Shown here in pieces: positions 40,941-53,123 of a DNA stretch of 64,000 nucleotides (position 1 is the first letter of the stretch; every line of letters begins with the position of its first letter). Under the pieces are notes generated by a model, which made no database searches, was not told the DNA's origin, and saw only the letters and a program-made list of their open reading frames with translations. Origin of the DNA: Alphaproteobacteria bacterium (GTDB lineage Bacteria > Pseudomonadota > Alphaproteobacteria > Bin95); contig CBDCQY010000001.1 in NCBI GenBank assembly GCA_965220855.1, forward strand, positions 2,098,279 through 2,162,278, written 5' to 3'. The position numbers and the translations under genes were made by a program.

Positions 40941-42320
40941 CTATTCCGCGGCGATCGCCGGGCGGGCGCGGCCGGTGCGCTCCTCCTTCAGCTGCTCGGC
41001 GATCAGGAAGGCGAGCTCCAGCGCCTGGCTCGCATTCAGCCTCGGGTCGCAATGGGTGTGGTAGCGATCCTGCAGCCCGGCCTCGGTGACGGCGCTGGCC
41101 CCGCCGATGCACTCGGTCACATCCTGCCCGGTCATCTCGAAATGCACCCCGCCCGGCCAGGTGCCATGGTCGCGGTGCACGGCGAAGAATTCGCGCACCT
41201 CGGAGAGGATCGCGCCGAAGGGGCGCGTCTTCAGCCCGCCGGCCGCCTTGACGGTGTTGCCGTGCATCGGGTCGCAGGACCAGACGACCTCCGCGCCCTC
41301 CGCGCTCACGGTCTCGATCATGCGCGGCAGATGGTCCGCGACCTGGCCCGCGCCGACGCGGCAGATCAGGGTGAGCCGGCCCGGCTCGTTCTGCGGGTTC
41401 AGCGTCCAGAGCAGGCGCTTCAGATGGTCGGCGGTCAGCGACGGGCCGCATTTCAGCCCGATCGGATTGCCGACGCCGCGCAGGAACTCGACATGCGCCT
41501 CGTCGGGATCGCGCGTGCGGTCGCCGATCCAGAGCATGTGCGCGGAGCAGCCGTACCAGTCGCCGGTCAGGCTGTCGATGCGGGTCAGCGCCTCCTCCCA
41601 GGGCAGCAGCAGCGCCTCATGCGAGGTGTAGAAGGCGGTCTCCCGCAGTTGCGGCGTGTTGTCGGAGGTAATGCCGCAGGCGGCGATGAAATCCAGCGCC
41701 TCCGAGAGGCGGTCGGCCAAATCCCGGTATCGCTCGCCCAGCTCCTCGCGCACGAAGTCGAGATTCCAGCGATGCACCTGGTGCAGGTCGGCGAACCCGC
41801 CCATGGCGAAGGCGCGCAGCAGGTTGAGCGTCGCCGAGGCCTGGGTGTAGCCGTGCAGCATCCGCGCGGGGTCCGGCTCGCGCGACGGCGCGTCGAAGCC
41901 CATGGCGTTGATGATGTCGCCCCGGTAGCTCGGCAGCTCCACGCCATCGACGGTCTCGGTCGGGGCCGAGCGCGGCTTGGCGAACTGGCCGGCCATGCGC
42001 CCGACCTTCACCACCGGGCAGGCGGCGCCATAGGTCAGCACCACCGCCATTTGCAGCAGCACCTTGAAGGTGTCGCGGATATTGTTGGCGTGAAACTCGG
42101 CGAAACTCTCGGCGCAGTCGCCGCCCTGGAGCAGGAACGCCTCGCCGCGCGCGACGCGCGCCAGATCGGCCTTGAGATTGCGCGCCTCGCCGGCGAACAC
42201 CAGCGGCGGCCAGCCGGCCAGGTTCTTCTCGGCGGCTTCGAGCGCGGCCGGGTCGGCATAATCCGGCGCCTGCCGGATCGGCTTGCCGCGCCAGCTCCGG
42301 GGCGTCCACTTCTCGCCCAT
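40941..42320 (-). CDS. Class II 3-deoxy-7-phosphoheptulonate (DAHP) synthase
   Basis: ~460 aa plant-type AroA(II); start at 42320 with AAGGAG RBS. Confidence 0.85.
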   Translation of the reverse strand: MGEKWTPRSWRGKPIRQAPDYADPAALEAAEKNLAGWPPLVFAGEARNLKADLARVARGEAFLLQGGDCAESFAEFHANNIRDTFKVLLQMAVVLTYGAACPVVKVGRMAGQFAKPRSAPTETVDGVELPSYRGDIINAMGFDAPSREPDPARMLHGYTQASATLNLLRAFAMGGFADLHQVHRWNLDFVREELGERYRDLADRLSEALDFIAACGITSDNTPQLRETAFYTSHEALLLPWEEALTRIDSLTGDWYGCSAHMLWIGDRTRDPDEAHVEFLRGVGNPIGLKCGPSLTADHLKRLLWTLNPQNEPGRLTLICRVGAGQVADHLPRMIETVSAEGAEVVWSCDPMHGNTVKAAGGLKTRPFGAILSEVREFFAVHRDHGTWPGGVHFEMTGQDVTECIGGASAVTEAGLQDRYHTHCDPRLNASQALELAFLIAEQLKEERTGRARPAIAAE

Positions 42321-42386
42321 GCGCCTGCTCCTTCGCTTCACGCCTGTCGGGAGAATGCGGGGCTATACGCCGAAATGGCGGCGGTT

Positions 42387-43433
<1,047 letters not shown>

Positions 43434-43533
43434 GGCGGATAATTTCCCGCTGATTAATGCTTGACTGGCCCGCGCGGCGAAGCGCAGGATGACTGCCGGA
43501 GCTTACCGGAGTTGCCGCAAGGGAGGTAGCGAA

Positions 43534-44604
43534 ATGATCTTCAGCAAGTTCGACGCGCTGACGAAGACGGAAGATCTGGCGTCGCCGGATCGGCGCAATT
43601 TCATACGCACGGCTGCGGTCGGAGCCGGTGCGATGGCCGCGGCGGGAGCCGCGATGACCGGCGGCGTCGGGGAAGCCAGGGCCGACGGTCATATGACGCC
43701 GATCGGCGAGAAATGGTGGCCGTCGCGCTGGGGCGAGGGCGACCAGGCGGGCGCCTCCAACTGGATGACTCCCGAAAAGACCCTCGATGCGGTCAAGTGG
43801 ATCCGGAACGGCAAGGTGCGCCGCATCGGGCGCGACTATGAGCCGGGCATCCCCTTCTTCGGTCCGCGCGGCTTCGCGCTGCGCATTCCGGGCAGCCCGA
43901 CCGGCGGTCCGTTCGGCGAGAACATGCTGGTCTATAACGACGAATATCTCGCCACCGAGATCGGTCAGGTCGGCACCCAGTTCGACGGCCTCGGCCATAT
44001 CGGCGCCATCGTCGGCTCCAACACCGACAAGGCCGACCACCGCTACTATAACGGCTTCACCGGAGCCGAGGTCGAGGGCTCCTACGGGCTCCAGAAGATC
44101 GGCGTGGAGCATGTCAAGCCGTTCTTCACGCGCGGCCATCTGATCGATGTCTCGGCGCAGCGGGAATGGGACAAGGGCGAGGAGATCACGCCCGACCACG
44201 CGGCGGCGGCGCTTGCCGCGCAGGGCATGTCGGTGGACGACATCAAGGAAGGCGACGCGGTGTTCTTCAACACCGGCTGGGGAAAGCTGTGGAAGGAGAA
44301 CAACGACCGCTTCAACTCCGGCTGCCCCGGCATCGGCATGGACGTCGCCAGGGGGCTGGTCGATATGGGCGTGTGCGTCGTCGGCGCCGACACCTGGCCG
44401 GTCGAGGTGGTGCCGAATCCGGATCCGAAGAAGGCGTTCGTGGTCCATAACGAACTCCTGACCCGCAACGGCATCTACATCCACGAAAACCTGATCTTCG
44501 ACGAGCTGATCGCCGACAATGCGCACCAGTTCGTCTATGTGTTCACGCCGCTGCCGATCAAGGGCGGCACGGGCTCCATCGGCAGCCCGCTCGCGATCAC
44601 CTGA
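43534..44604 (+). CDS. Cyclase-family protein (kynurenine formamidase-like) with Tat signal
   Basis: Start MIFSKFD with AAGGGAGG RBS; RRNFIRTAAVGAGAMAAAG twin-arginine signal; putative cyclase fold. Confidence 0.7.
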   Translation: MIFSKFDALTKTEDLASPDRRNFIRTAAVGAGAMAAAGAAMTGGVGEARADGHMTPIGEKWWPSRWGEGDQAGASNWMTPEKTLDAVKWIRNGKVRRIGRDYEPGIPFFGPRGFALRIPGSPTGGPFGENMLVYNDEYLATEIGQVGTQFDGLGHIGAIVGSNTDKADHRYYNGFTGAEVEGSYGLQKIGVEHVKPFFTRGHLIDVSAQREWDKGEEITPDHAAAALAAQGMSVDDIKEGDAVFFNTGWGKLWKENNDRFNSGCPGIGMDVARGLVDMGVCVVGADTWPVEVVPNPDPKKAFVVHNELLTRNGIYIHENLIFDELIADNAHQFVYVFTPLPIKGGTGSIGSPLAIT

Positions 44605-44650
44605 TCCGAACTCTTCCCCCGGCGGCCGGTCCGCCGGGGGACACTTTCCT

Positions 44651-46225
44651 TCACGCGCGCCGCGCCGGTCGCGGGCTTTCGTCCATCAGCCCCGCCAGCA
44701 GGTGGTTGAGCCGGAGCGAGAGCGCCGCCTTGTCGCCGGCCCGCGCCGGATCGTCCCAGAGATTGGTCGTCTCGTCGGGGTCCTGCTCGAGGTCGTAAAG
44801 CTCGCCCCAGGGCAGGCCGGCATAGATCGTGAAGCGGAACCGATCGTCCACGATCGAGCGCATCCGCGCCGGGCTCGCGAAGCCGAGGCGCGCGCCATTG
44901 TCGTTATATTCCACCAGCAGCTCCTCGCGCGGTCCGCCGCCGCCGGCCAGACAGTCGAGGAAGCTCTGCCCCTGCATCCCGAAATAGGGCCTGACGCCGG
45001 CGCGGTCGAGGATCGCGGCCGGGATGTCGATGGTCGAGAGCAAGGCGTTGGACACCGCCGCCCGGCCGCTCCGCCGGTCCTGCGGCTCGGACCAGACGAA
45101 CGGCGTCCGGGTGATCGACCGGAAGGGCAGGGCGCCCTTCAGCAGCATGTCGAAATCGCCGAGATAGTCGCCATGGTCGGCGGTGAAGCAGACCACCGTG
45201 CTGTCCTCGAGGCCGAGGCGCGCGAGCGTGGCCGTCAGCGCCCCCACCGCATCGTCGATCATGGCGATCATGCCGGCCGTCAGCGCCATCGCCTCGCGGA
45301 TTTCGCGCTCGCCGGTCATGAAGGCGGTCTGCGGCGAGACCGGCCGCACGCCGGCGCGCCGGTCGGCGTCCATGCCGCGCATCGGCGGCGTCGGGTTGCG
45401 GTGCGCGGCATAGGGCAGGCGGCGCTCGAACTGCTCCGGCCCGTAGCGGTCCCAGTAGCGGCCCGGCGGGTTGAAGGGGTGATGCGGGTCGGGGAAGGAG
45501 ACGAACAGGAAGAAGGGCGCGTCGCCGTTCGCCGCTCCCGCCAGCCAGTCGAGCGCCCGGTCGCGGATATAGGCGGTCGGGTAGAGCTCCTCCGGCACCG
45601 GGGTGCGGAAGGCCTGCGGGCAGGCATAGCTGTGCGGCAGCTCGTTGGCCGGGTCGTGCAGCGCCCGCCAGTCGGCGGTCCGGCGGCGCAGCCACTGGCC
45701 GTAATGGCCGCCGCAGCGGTCCCCGTGCCCGGTGACCATATCGACGTGCTGAAAGCCGTAATAGGGCGTGGGAAAGGCGTAGCGCCCGTCCTCCAGGTAG
45801 CGGCCCGGCTCCTCCAGGGCGTAGTCGGCGCCGTCGCCGCGCCGGGCCTCGGCGATCGGCCCCGCCTCGAAGGGCGCCGAGGGCAACGGCTCCACATCGG
45901 TGAAGGGCTGCAGATGGCTCTTGCCGATGGCGGCGGTGCGATAGCCGGCGGCGGCCAGCACGTCCACAAAGGTCGCGGCGCCGGTCGGCAGCGCGCCGCC
46001 ATTGAAGCGCAGCCCGTGCGTGGAGGGATAGCGTCCGGTCATGAAAGAGGCCCGGTTGGGCATGCACACGGGCGAGGCCGTGTGGAGGCGCTCGAAACGC
46101 ACGCCGCCCGCCGCCAGCCGGTCGATATGCGGCGTCTCCAGCACCGGATGGCCGGCCGCGCCCAGCCAGTCGGCGCGCTGCTGGTCGGTCATTACGAACA
46201 GGAAATTCGGGCGTTCCGGGGTCAC
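44651..46225 (-). CDS. Sulfatase (arylsulfatase family)
   Basis: 524 aa; NFLFVMTDQQRAD and CMPNRAS (CxPxR) formylglycine motif. Confidence 0.85.
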   Translation of the reverse strand: MTPERPNFLFVMTDQQRADWLGAAGHPVLETPHIDRLAAGGVRFERLHTASPVCMPNRASFMTGRYPSTHGLRFNGGALPTGAATFVDVLAAAGYRTAAIGKSHLQPFTDVEPLPSAPFEAGPIAEARRGDGADYALEEPGRYLEDGRYAFPTPYYGFQHVDMVTGHGDRCGGHYGQWLRRRTADWRALHDPANELPHSYACPQAFRTPVPEELYPTAYIRDRALDWLAGAANGDAPFFLFVSFPDPHHPFNPPGRYWDRYGPEQFERRLPYAAHRNPTPPMRGMDADRRAGVRPVSPQTAFMTGEREIREAMALTAGMIAMIDDAVGALTATLARLGLEDSTVVCFTADHGDYLGDFDMLLKGALPFRSITRTPFVWSEPQDRRSGRAAVSNALLSTIDIPAAILDRAGVRPYFGMQGQSFLDCLAGGGGPREELLVEYNDNGARLGFASPARMRSIVDDRFRFTIYAGLPWGELYDLEQDPDETTNLWDDPARAGDKAALSLRLNHLLAGLMDESPRPARRA

Positions 46226-46263
46226 GGTCTCTCCTTGAGGCGGGCTTGCGGCCGGGCGCGCGG

Positions 46264-46932
46264 CTAATATCCCCGGCCGGGCAGCGCCTCGTGCAGCGGG
46301 CGCTGGCGGGGGTCGAGCTGGCGGTCGGTGTAGTAGCCGGTCGCCGGCTTCCAGACCTCGAAGACGCGCCGCAGCTCGCCCACCGGCTCGTCATGCGCAT
46401 CGACGCGCAGATCGACCCGCGCGAAATCGTGCCGGCCCCAGACGGTCAGCGCGGCGGAGTTCTGGCCGCCATGCTGGCCGCCGGCGTCTCGCCCGGCCTC
46501 CAGCGCCGCCAGCAGCCGCTCCTCCAGGGTCGGCCCGGCGAAGCCCCGCTCGATGGCGTCCAGCACATGCTCGCCGAGCAGCACATTGCCGAGCGCGATC
46601 AGCCCGTCGCGGACATGATGGCCGGCCCAGTCGCGATTCTCGGCTCCGGTGCGCGCCGCCGCCCGTCCCTCGGCGTCGATGATCCCCAACTGGCGATATT
46701 CGGGCCAGGGGTCCGCCGCCGCCAGCGCCGCCACCGCGGCGGGGGCCGGGCAGCCATTGGCCAGCAGGTCCTGCGCGAGGGCGCCGAGGCGCGCGTCGGC
46801 AATGGCCATGATCGCGACCGCGCCGCGCTGCGTCACATGCGGCACGCGCGCGCCGACGGCGAGCGAGCGGGTCGCGGTGGCGATGCCGAGCGCGCCCGTC
46901 TCGCTCTCGCGGGCGATGCAGGTGAAGGTCAT
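46264..46932 (-). CDS. DUF1028-family protein (Ntn-hydrolase-like)
   Basis: Real start MTFTCIARESETGALGIATA at 46932; the upstream part of the 360-aa ORF is an artefact. Confidence 0.6.
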   Translation of the reverse strand: MTFTCIARESETGALGIATATRSLAVGARVPHVTQRGAVAIMAIADARLGALAQDLLANGCPAPAAVAALAAADPWPEYRQLGIIDAEGRAAARTGAENRDWAGHHVRDGLIALGNVLLGEHVLDAIERGFAGPTLEERLLAALEAGRDAGGQHGGQNSAALTVWGRHDFARVDLRVDAHDEPVGELRRVFEVWKPATGYYTDRQLDPRQRPLHEALPGRGY

Positions 46933-46999
46933 GCGCGCGCCCGCCGGGCCGTGCGGATCGGTTCCATGGCGTCCTTCCCCCTCCCTGTCTGCGGTGCGC

Positions 47000-48415
47000 T
47001 CAGAACGTCCGCGCCCAGTGCGCCACCAGGCGGCGCTCCAGCGCCCGGGCGCGCTCCAGCCAATCCTTCGCCTCCCGCTGCGCCTCGTCGTCCGGCTCCG
47101 GGCCGAGCGCATCGTAGCGCCGGCGCGCTTCCAGGTCGCTGACGAACAGCGCAAAGCGCAGGCGGCGGCCGGACTTCGCGTGCAGATAGCCGGCGAGGCC
47201 GCGACCGTAATACATGCTGCCGGTCTTGGCCCAGACGCGGAAGACGAGCGCCGGCTCGTCCTCCCAGCTTGCCAGCGAGCCGGTCCAGCCCGAGACCGGC
47301 AGCAGCGACTGGAAGCTGCGGCCGGAATAGCGCCGGTCCCGGACATGGGCGAGCAGGGCGGCCATGCGGGCGGGCGAGGTGCGGGCGCTCGCGCTCAGCC
47401 CCGAATGGCGATCCAGCCGCCAGGCGGTTGCATCGCCGCCGAGGCGCCGGTCCAGCTCCGCCTGCAGGCGGGCGGCCGAGGCCGCCAGCGGCTCCGGCTT
47501 GCCGGCGAGGCGGCGCGAGGCGCCGAGGCCGATCAGCTCCGCCAGCAGATTGTTGCTGTGTTGCAGGGCGAGGCCGACCAGATCGACCAGCGGGCGGCTG
47601 TCATGCCGGGCGAGCGGGCGTGCGCCTGGCGGCGCGGGCGCGGGCTGCGGTTCCGTCAGCGCGAGGCCATGCATGGCCGCGAACTTGCGGAAGAGGTTGG
47701 CGGTGAACCGGGCCGGCCGGTGCACCGGGACCCAGGCCTTGCCGCCCTCTGCTGAAGGCGGCGCCCAGCCGCGGCCGAGCAGCGTGTAGGTAGGTATGGG
47801 GCCGAACGGGCCCTCCGGGAGCGCGGCGTTGAGCGGGGCGAGGTCGCTTCCCGGCAGCGCGAAGGCCTCCAGCCCGCCGTCCGGCCCGGCCCGCCAGATC
47901 AGCCGCCGGCGGTTGAAGGAGAGCGACAGCGCCGAGACGCCCGGATTGTAGGTCGCGCGGCGGCTCCGGTCGGCGTCGATGAAGTAGGTGCGGACCAGCA
48001 GGCCGTCATCGTAGAAGAGGCGCGCACGGCGGAGGCCGGACGCGGCGGCGGAGGAGGCCAGCGACATCAGCTCCTCGAGCAGCAGCAGCGGGTCGCCGCC
48101 GCCGACCAGATAGAGCCGGTCGCCATCGAGCCGGAGTTCGGTCGCGAAGCGATGCTCGCCGCCCAGCACATCGAGCGCCGCGACGGCCGTTGCGAGCTTG
48201 GCGGTGGAGGCCGGCAGGAACGGCTCGTCGGCGCGCCGCGTCGCCACCGTTCGTGCGCCCTCCGCCACGAAATAGCCGACGCGCGCGCCCTCCAGGCCGG
48301 CTTCGGCGATCAGCGCCTCGACCGTCGTCGCGCCGCCGGACGCTCCGCCCCGGACGGGCCAGAGCGCCAGGCAGGCGATGAGCGCGAGGGCGAGGCGTCG
48401 CCGCAGCCCCGTCAC
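47000..48415 (-). CDS. dacB: D-alanyl-D-alanine carboxypeptidase/endopeptidase (PBP4, peptidase S13)
   Basis: GTG start at 48415 gives a signal peptide (RRRLALALIACLALWP) and a GTGA overlap with the upstream stop; PASTAKL SxxK motif. Confidence 0.75.
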   Translation of the reverse strand: MTGLRRRLALALIACLALWPVRGGASGGATTVEALIAEAGLEGARVGYFVAEGARTVATRRADEPFLPASTAKLATAVAALDVLGGEHRFATELRLDGDRLYLVGGGDPLLLLEELMSLASSAAASGLRRARLFYDDGLLVRTYFIDADRSRRATYNPGVSALSLSFNRRRLIWRAGPDGGLEAFALPGSDLAPLNAALPEGPFGPIPTYTLLGRGWAPPSAEGGKAWVPVHRPARFTANLFRKFAAMHGLALTEPQPAPAPPGARPLARHDSRPLVDLVGLALQHSNNLLAELIGLGASRRLAGKPEPLAASAARLQAELDRRLGGDATAWRLDRHSGLSASARTSPARMAALLAHVRDRRYSGRSFQSLLPVSGWTGSLASWEDEPALVFRVWAKTGSMYYGRGLAGYLHAKSGRRLRFALFVSDLEARRRYDALGPEPDDEAQREAKDWLERARALERRLVAHWARTF

Positions 48416-49200
48416 TCCGCGGCGACGGCCGCCGGCGCCAGGCAGTCGTCCGCGAGCGGGCGGATGGGGTCGAAATCGCGGTGCGCGATCCATTCCGGGC
48501 GCTTGAAGCGCCGGATACGGTTCGAGACCGCGCAGAGGCTGAGATAGACGATCACCCGGTCCCAGGGGCTGATATTGGGCGGGCTCGCATGGACCAGATT
48601 GCCATGGAACATGACCACCGAGCCGGGCGCGCCGAGCGGCGCGGCGATGCCGCCGGCGTCCGCCAGCCGGGCGACCGTCTCGCGGTCCAGCGTCCAGAGC
48701 GGATAGCTGGTGGTCTCCAGATCGTGGCCGGCTTCCAGAACCCCTTCGCGATGGCTGCCGGGCAGGAACATCAGCGGCCCGTTGGCGGCGGTGACGGGAT
48801 CGAGGAACACCGCGATATTCATCGCGCGCGGCTCCGGCATCCCGTCATCGCGATGCCAGACGCCGAAATCCTGATGCCACTGCCAGACGGCGCCGTCGAA
48901 GGCGGCCTTGGCGTTGACCTTGAACTGGTGCATGTAAACCTGTTCGCCCAGCAGCTGCTCGACCGGCTTCACCAGGCGCGGATGCGCGCCGAGGCGCGCG
49001 AAGGCGTCGTCATAGCGATGGGCGGCAAAGGCGGTGCGCGGCGCGCCATTGTCCTCGCGCCAGACCTCCTCCCGTCCGCTGGCCAGCACCCGGTCGGCCG
49101 CCCGGCGCAGCAGGCCCGCCTCCTCGGGGCGAAAGACATTTTCGAGAAAGAGGTAGCCCTCCCGCTCGAACCGCGAAAGCTGTTCTGCCGTAAGCTGCAT
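48412..49200 (-). CDS. Phytanoyl-CoA dioxygenase (PhyH)-family Fe(II)/2OG oxygenase
   Basis: 262 aa; PhyH-like HxD...H residues (WHQDFGVW, HGNLVHAS). Confidence 0.75.
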   Translation of the reverse strand: MQLTAEQLSRFEREGYLFLENVFRPEEAGLLRRAADRVLASGREEVWREDNGAPRTAFAAHRYDDAFARLGAHPRLVKPVEQLLGEQVYMHQFKVNAKAAFDGAVWQWHQDFGVWHRDDGMPEPRAMNIAVFLDPVTAANGPLMFLPGSHREGVLEAGHDLETTSYPLWTLDRETVARLADAGGIAAPLGAPGSVVMFHGNLVHASPPNISPWDRVIVYLSLCAVSNRIRRFKRPEWIAHRDFDPIRPLADDCLAPAAVAAE

Positions 49201-49213
49201 GGCTTGGCTCTCC

Positions 49214-50704
49214 TCAGCTCAGCTGGCGCTTCATGATCTTGCCGGTGGCGTTCATCGGCAGGCTGTCGCGCAGCTCCACGATACGGGGATATTTGTGTCC
49301 CGCCATGCGCTCCCTGGCCCAGGCCACGATGGCGTCCGGCTCCGGCGTCGCGCCGGCGGCGGGCACGACGAACGCCTTGACCTCCTCGCCATAGCGCTCG
49401 TCCGGCACGCCGACCACGGCGGCGAGCGAGATTTCGGGATGCGTGATGAGCACCTCCTCCACCTCGCGCGGATAGACGTTGAACCCGCCCCGGATCACCA
49501 TCTCCTTCAGGCGATCGACGATGTAGAGATAGCCGTCCTCGTCGAAGCGCCCGATATCGCCGGTGTGGAACCAGCCGCCCCGCAGCGCCTCGGCGGTCTC
49601 TTCCGGGCGGCCCAGATAGCCCTTCATCACGCAATGGCCGCGAATCACCACCTCGCCTGGCTCGCCGACCGGCACCGGCCGGTCTTCCGGATCGACCACC
49701 CGCACCTCGACGCCCCAGATCGGCACCCCGACCGATCCGACCTTGCGCGGCCGGTCGAGCAGGTTGAAGGTCGCGCCCGGCGAGGTTTCGGAGAGGCCGT
49801 AGCCCTCCAGCACCGCCACGTCGAACCTGGCCTCGAAGGCGCGGAGAATCTCCACCGGCGTCGAGGCGCCGCCGACCAGCACATGGCGCAGCGTGCCGGC
49901 GATGGCGGCCAGATCGTGCTTCTCCGCGTCGGGATAGGTCAGCAGCGCCCAGAGCATGGTCGGCACGCCGGCGAACAGCGTCACCTTCTCGCTCTCCATC
50001 AACTGCAGGCAGAGGCCGGGATCGAAGCGCGGCGCCAGCACCAGCCGCGCCCCGCGGCGGAAGGCGGAGAGCATCTGCACCACCTGGCCGAAGACGTGGA
50101 AGAGCGGCAGCGCGACCAGCACGACGTCCGAGTCGCGGAGCTCGCCCAGATCGACGCAGAGCTGCGCGTTCATCATCACGTTGAAGTGGGTCAGCATCGC
50201 GCCCTTGGGCTGCCCGGTGGTGCCGGAGGTGTAGAGCACCACGGCGGTGTCCTCCGGGCGGCGCATCACGGTGTCGAAGCGCCCCTCGGCCATCGGCGCG
50301 CCGGCGTCGATGAAATGCTCGCAGGCCGGCGCCTGCTCGAAGGCCGCGCGGCCGATCTGCCCCAGCGGCAATTCCGGCGAGCCTTCGTGGCAGACCAGCG
50401 CCTTCGCGCCGCTGTCGTTCAGCAGATAGGCGAGCTCGGGCGGCTTCAGCAGGATGGAGACCGGCAGCACCGTGGCCCCGGCCTTCAGAATGCCGAAATA
50501 GAACGCCGGAAAGGCCGGCGCATTGGGACAGGCGAGCGCCACGATGTCGCCGGGGCCGATGCCCTTGGCGGCAAGGTCGGCGGCGATCGCCTGCGCCCAG
50601 CCGTCGAGCGCGCCATAGCTTATGCGCGCCGGACCCGCCACGATGGCGATATCGTCCGGCCGTTCCCGAGCGCTGCTTTCCAGGATGGTGGCGAGCGAAA
50701 ACAT
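49214..50704 (-). CDS. AMP-dependent acyl-CoA synthetase/ligase
   Basis: 496 aa; LYTSGTTGQPKGA AMP-binding motif. Confidence 0.85.
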   Translation of the reverse strand: MFSLATILESSARERPDDIAIVAGPARISYGALDGWAQAIAADLAAKGIGPGDIVALACPNAPAFPAFYFGILKAGATVLPVSILLKPPELAYLLNDSGAKALVCHEGSPELPLGQIGRAAFEQAPACEHFIDAGAPMAEGRFDTVMRRPEDTAVVLYTSGTTGQPKGAMLTHFNVMMNAQLCVDLGELRDSDVVLVALPLFHVFGQVVQMLSAFRRGARLVLAPRFDPGLCLQLMESEKVTLFAGVPTMLWALLTYPDAEKHDLAAIAGTLRHVLVGGASTPVEILRAFEARFDVAVLEGYGLSETSPGATFNLLDRPRKVGSVGVPIWGVEVRVVDPEDRPVPVGEPGEVVIRGHCVMKGYLGRPEETAEALRGGWFHTGDIGRFDEDGYLYIVDRLKEMVIRGGFNVYPREVEEVLITHPEISLAAVVGVPDERYGEEVKAFVVPAAGATPEPDAIVAWARERMAGHKYPRIVELRDSLPMNATGKIMKRQLS

Positions 50705-50856
50705 GGGGTTGAAACCTCCGGTGCGGGGCCGGGAGCGGCCGGGTTTTAGAACCGCGCCATCCTACGACGCGGGCCGCGACGACGCCACCGCTTGCGCCGG
50801 CCGCCCGCCTCGGGAGAAACAGGGCGCCAGGAGCCGCCGGAGAGGGAGAAGGGCAG

Positions 50857-52074
50857 ATGGTTCAAATGCTGCAAGGGCTGCGCATCGTCGAGGGATCGGC
50901 GTTCGTCGCAGCGCCGCTCGGCGGCATGGCGCTGGCGCAACTGGGCGCGGATGTGATCCGCTTCGATGCGCTGGAGGGCGGCCTCGACTATCGCCGCTGG
51001 CCGGTGACCGAGCAGGGCGACAGCCTCTACTGGGCCGGGCTGAACAAGGGCAAGCGCTCCTTCCGCGTCGATATCCGCAATCCGAGGGGGCGCGAGCTGG
51101 TGCAGGCGCTGATTGCCGCGCCGGGGCCGGAGGGCGGCATCTTCCTCACCAACCTGCCGGCGCGCGGCTGGCTCGGCTACGAGACGCTCTCCGCCATGCG
51201 CGCCGACCTCATCCTGCTGAATGTGATCGGCGCGCGGTCGGGCGCGCCCCAGGTCGATTACACCGTCAACGCCGCCGTCGGCTTCCCCTATGTCACCGGA
51301 CCGGAGGCGTGGTCGGGGCCGGTCAACAATGTGCTGCCGGCCTGGGACATCGCCACCGGCATGACGGCCGCGGCCGGCCTGCTGGCGGCCGAGCGCTGGC
51401 GCGCGCGCACCGGCGAGGGCCGCCTGATCCGCCTGCCGCTGCTGGATGTCGCGCTCTGGGCGACGGCCTCGCTCGGCTATGTCGCGGAGGCGGTCGTCAA
51501 CGAAGACGACCGGCCGCGCGCCGGCAACCATATCTTCGGCAGCTTCGGGCGCGACTTCCGCACCGCCGACGGGCGCGACATCATGATCTGCCTGCTGACG
51601 CCGCGCAATCTGGAGGGCATTGCCGAGGCCGCCGGCCTCGGCCTCGCCTTCGCCGCGATCGAGGCGGAACACGGGGTCGATCTGAAGGAGGAGGCCGCCC
51701 GCTGGCGCTTCCGCGAGGAGATTTCCGCCGCCATCGAACCCTGGGTCGCCGCCCGGCGGCTCGCCGAAATCGCCCCCGCCTTCGACGCCGCCGGCGTGCT
51801 GTGGGGCGCCTACCGGACCTTCCGCGAGCTCGCTGACGATCCCGACCTGGTGGGCGAGAACCCGCTCTTCAGCCAGATCGACCAGCCGGGACTCGGCGGC
51901 TGGCCCGTGCCGGGCGCGCCGCTCGACTTCGTCGGCCTGGAGCGCAGCCCGCCGCGCCCGGCCCCGCGTCTCGGCGAGCATACCGACGAGATTCTGGCCG
52001 ACCTGCTGGGCCTGGCCGGGGCCGAGATCGGCCGCCTGCACGACGCCGGCGTGGTGAAGGGCGTCGATGACTGA
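50857..52074 (+). CDS. CaiB/BaiF family III CoA-transferase
   Basis: 405 aa; GLRIVEGSAFVAAPLGGMALAQLGADVI N-terminus; strong GAGGGAGAAGGG RBS. Confidence 0.85.
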   Translation: MVQMLQGLRIVEGSAFVAAPLGGMALAQLGADVIRFDALEGGLDYRRWPVTEQGDSLYWAGLNKGKRSFRVDIRNPRGRELVQALIAAPGPEGGIFLTNLPARGWLGYETLSAMRADLILLNVIGARSGAPQVDYTVNAAVGFPYVTGPEAWSGPVNNVLPAWDIATGMTAAAGLLAAERWRARTGEGRLIRLPLLDVALWATASLGYVAEAVVNEDDRPRAGNHIFGSFGRDFRTADGRDIMICLLTPRNLEGIAEAAGLGLAFAAIEAEHGVDLKEEAARWRFREEISAAIEPWVAARRLAEIAPAFDAAGVLWGAYRTFRELADDPDLVGENPLFSQIDQPGLGGWPVPGAPLDFVGLERSPPRPAPRLGEHTDEILADLLGLAGAEIGRLHDAGVVKGVDD

Positions 52075-52166
52075 GGCCGCCCGGCCGCGATTTTGTGCAC
52101 GGACGGCTCCGAGACGCTAAGATGTCCGGGAATCGTCTTTCCCGCCGCTGATCGGACCTTGCGCCC

Positions 52167-53123
52167 ATGACCCTGGCCGTCGCCGTCCAGATGGACCCCA
52201 TCGAGACCGTCGATATCGACGCCGACAGCAGCTTCGCCCTCTGCCTGGAGGCAGAACGGCGCGGCCACACGCTGTTCCACTATCTGCCCGACGCGCTCGT
52301 CTTCCGCGACGGGCGGCTGACGGCGCGCGGGCGGCCGATGACCGTCCGGCGAGAGCGGGGCCGGCATGTCTCGTTCGGCGCCTTCGAGCGGGTCGATCTG
52401 GCGGAGTTCGACACCGTGCTGATGCGCCAGGACCCGCCCTTCGACATGGCCTACATCACCGCCACGCATCTGCTGGAGCATGTCCACCCCGCGACGCTGG
52501 TGGTGAACGACCCGGCCTCGGTGCGCAATGCGCCGGAGAAGCTGTTCGTCACCCGCTTCGAGGGCGTGATGCCGCCGACACTGATCACCCGCGACGCGGA
52601 GGAGATCGCCGCCTTCCGGGCGGAGCATGGCGAGGTGATCCTCAAGCCGCTGTTCGGCAATGGCGGCGCCGGCGTCTTCCATCTCCGTCGGGACGACACC
52701 AATCTGAACGCGCTGCTGGAGATGTTCTTCGAGTCTTCCCGCGACCCGGTGATCGCGCAGCGCTACCTGCCGGAGGTGCGCGCCGGCGACAAGCGCATCA
52801 TCCTGGTGGAGGGCGAGGCGGTCGGCGCCATCAACCGCATCCCGGCCGCCGGCGAGGCGCGGGCCAACATGCATGTAGGCGGCACGGCGGTGAAGAGCGC
52901 GCTCACGGCGCGCGAGCGCGAGATCTGCGAGATCATCGGCCCCGCGCTCCGCGAGCGCGGGCTGACCTTCGTCGGCATCGATGTGATCGGCGACTGGCTG
53001 ACCGAGATCAACGTCACCTCGCCGACCGGCATCCAGGAGATCGACCGCTTCGACAGCTCGAACCTGGCGGGGCTGATCTGGGATGCGGTGGAGCGGCGCA
53101 TCGACGCGCGGCGGGGCTCGTGA
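52167..53123 (+). CDS. gshB: Glutathione synthetase
   Basis: 318 aa prokaryotic GshB ATP-grasp. Confidence 0.9.
   Translation: MTLAVAVQMDPIETVDIDADSSFALCLEAERRGHTLFHYLPDALVFRDGRLTARGRPMTVRRERGRHVSFGAFERVDLAEFDTVLMRQDPPFDMAYITATHLLEHVHPATLVVNDPASVRNAPEKLFVTRFEGVMPPTLITRDAEEIAAFRAEHGEVILKPLFGNGGAGVFHLRRDDTNLNALLEMFFESSRDPVIAQRYLPEVRAGDKRIILVEGEAVGAINRIPAAGEARANMHVGGTAVKSALTAREREICEIIGPALRERGLTFVGIDVIGDWLTEINVTSPTGIQEIDRFDSSNLAGLIWDAVERRIDARRGS

Noticed and set aside
44519-46267. 582-aa plus-strand ORF
   Set aside because: Antisense to the sulfatase gene, low-complexity Arg/Gly-rich translation.
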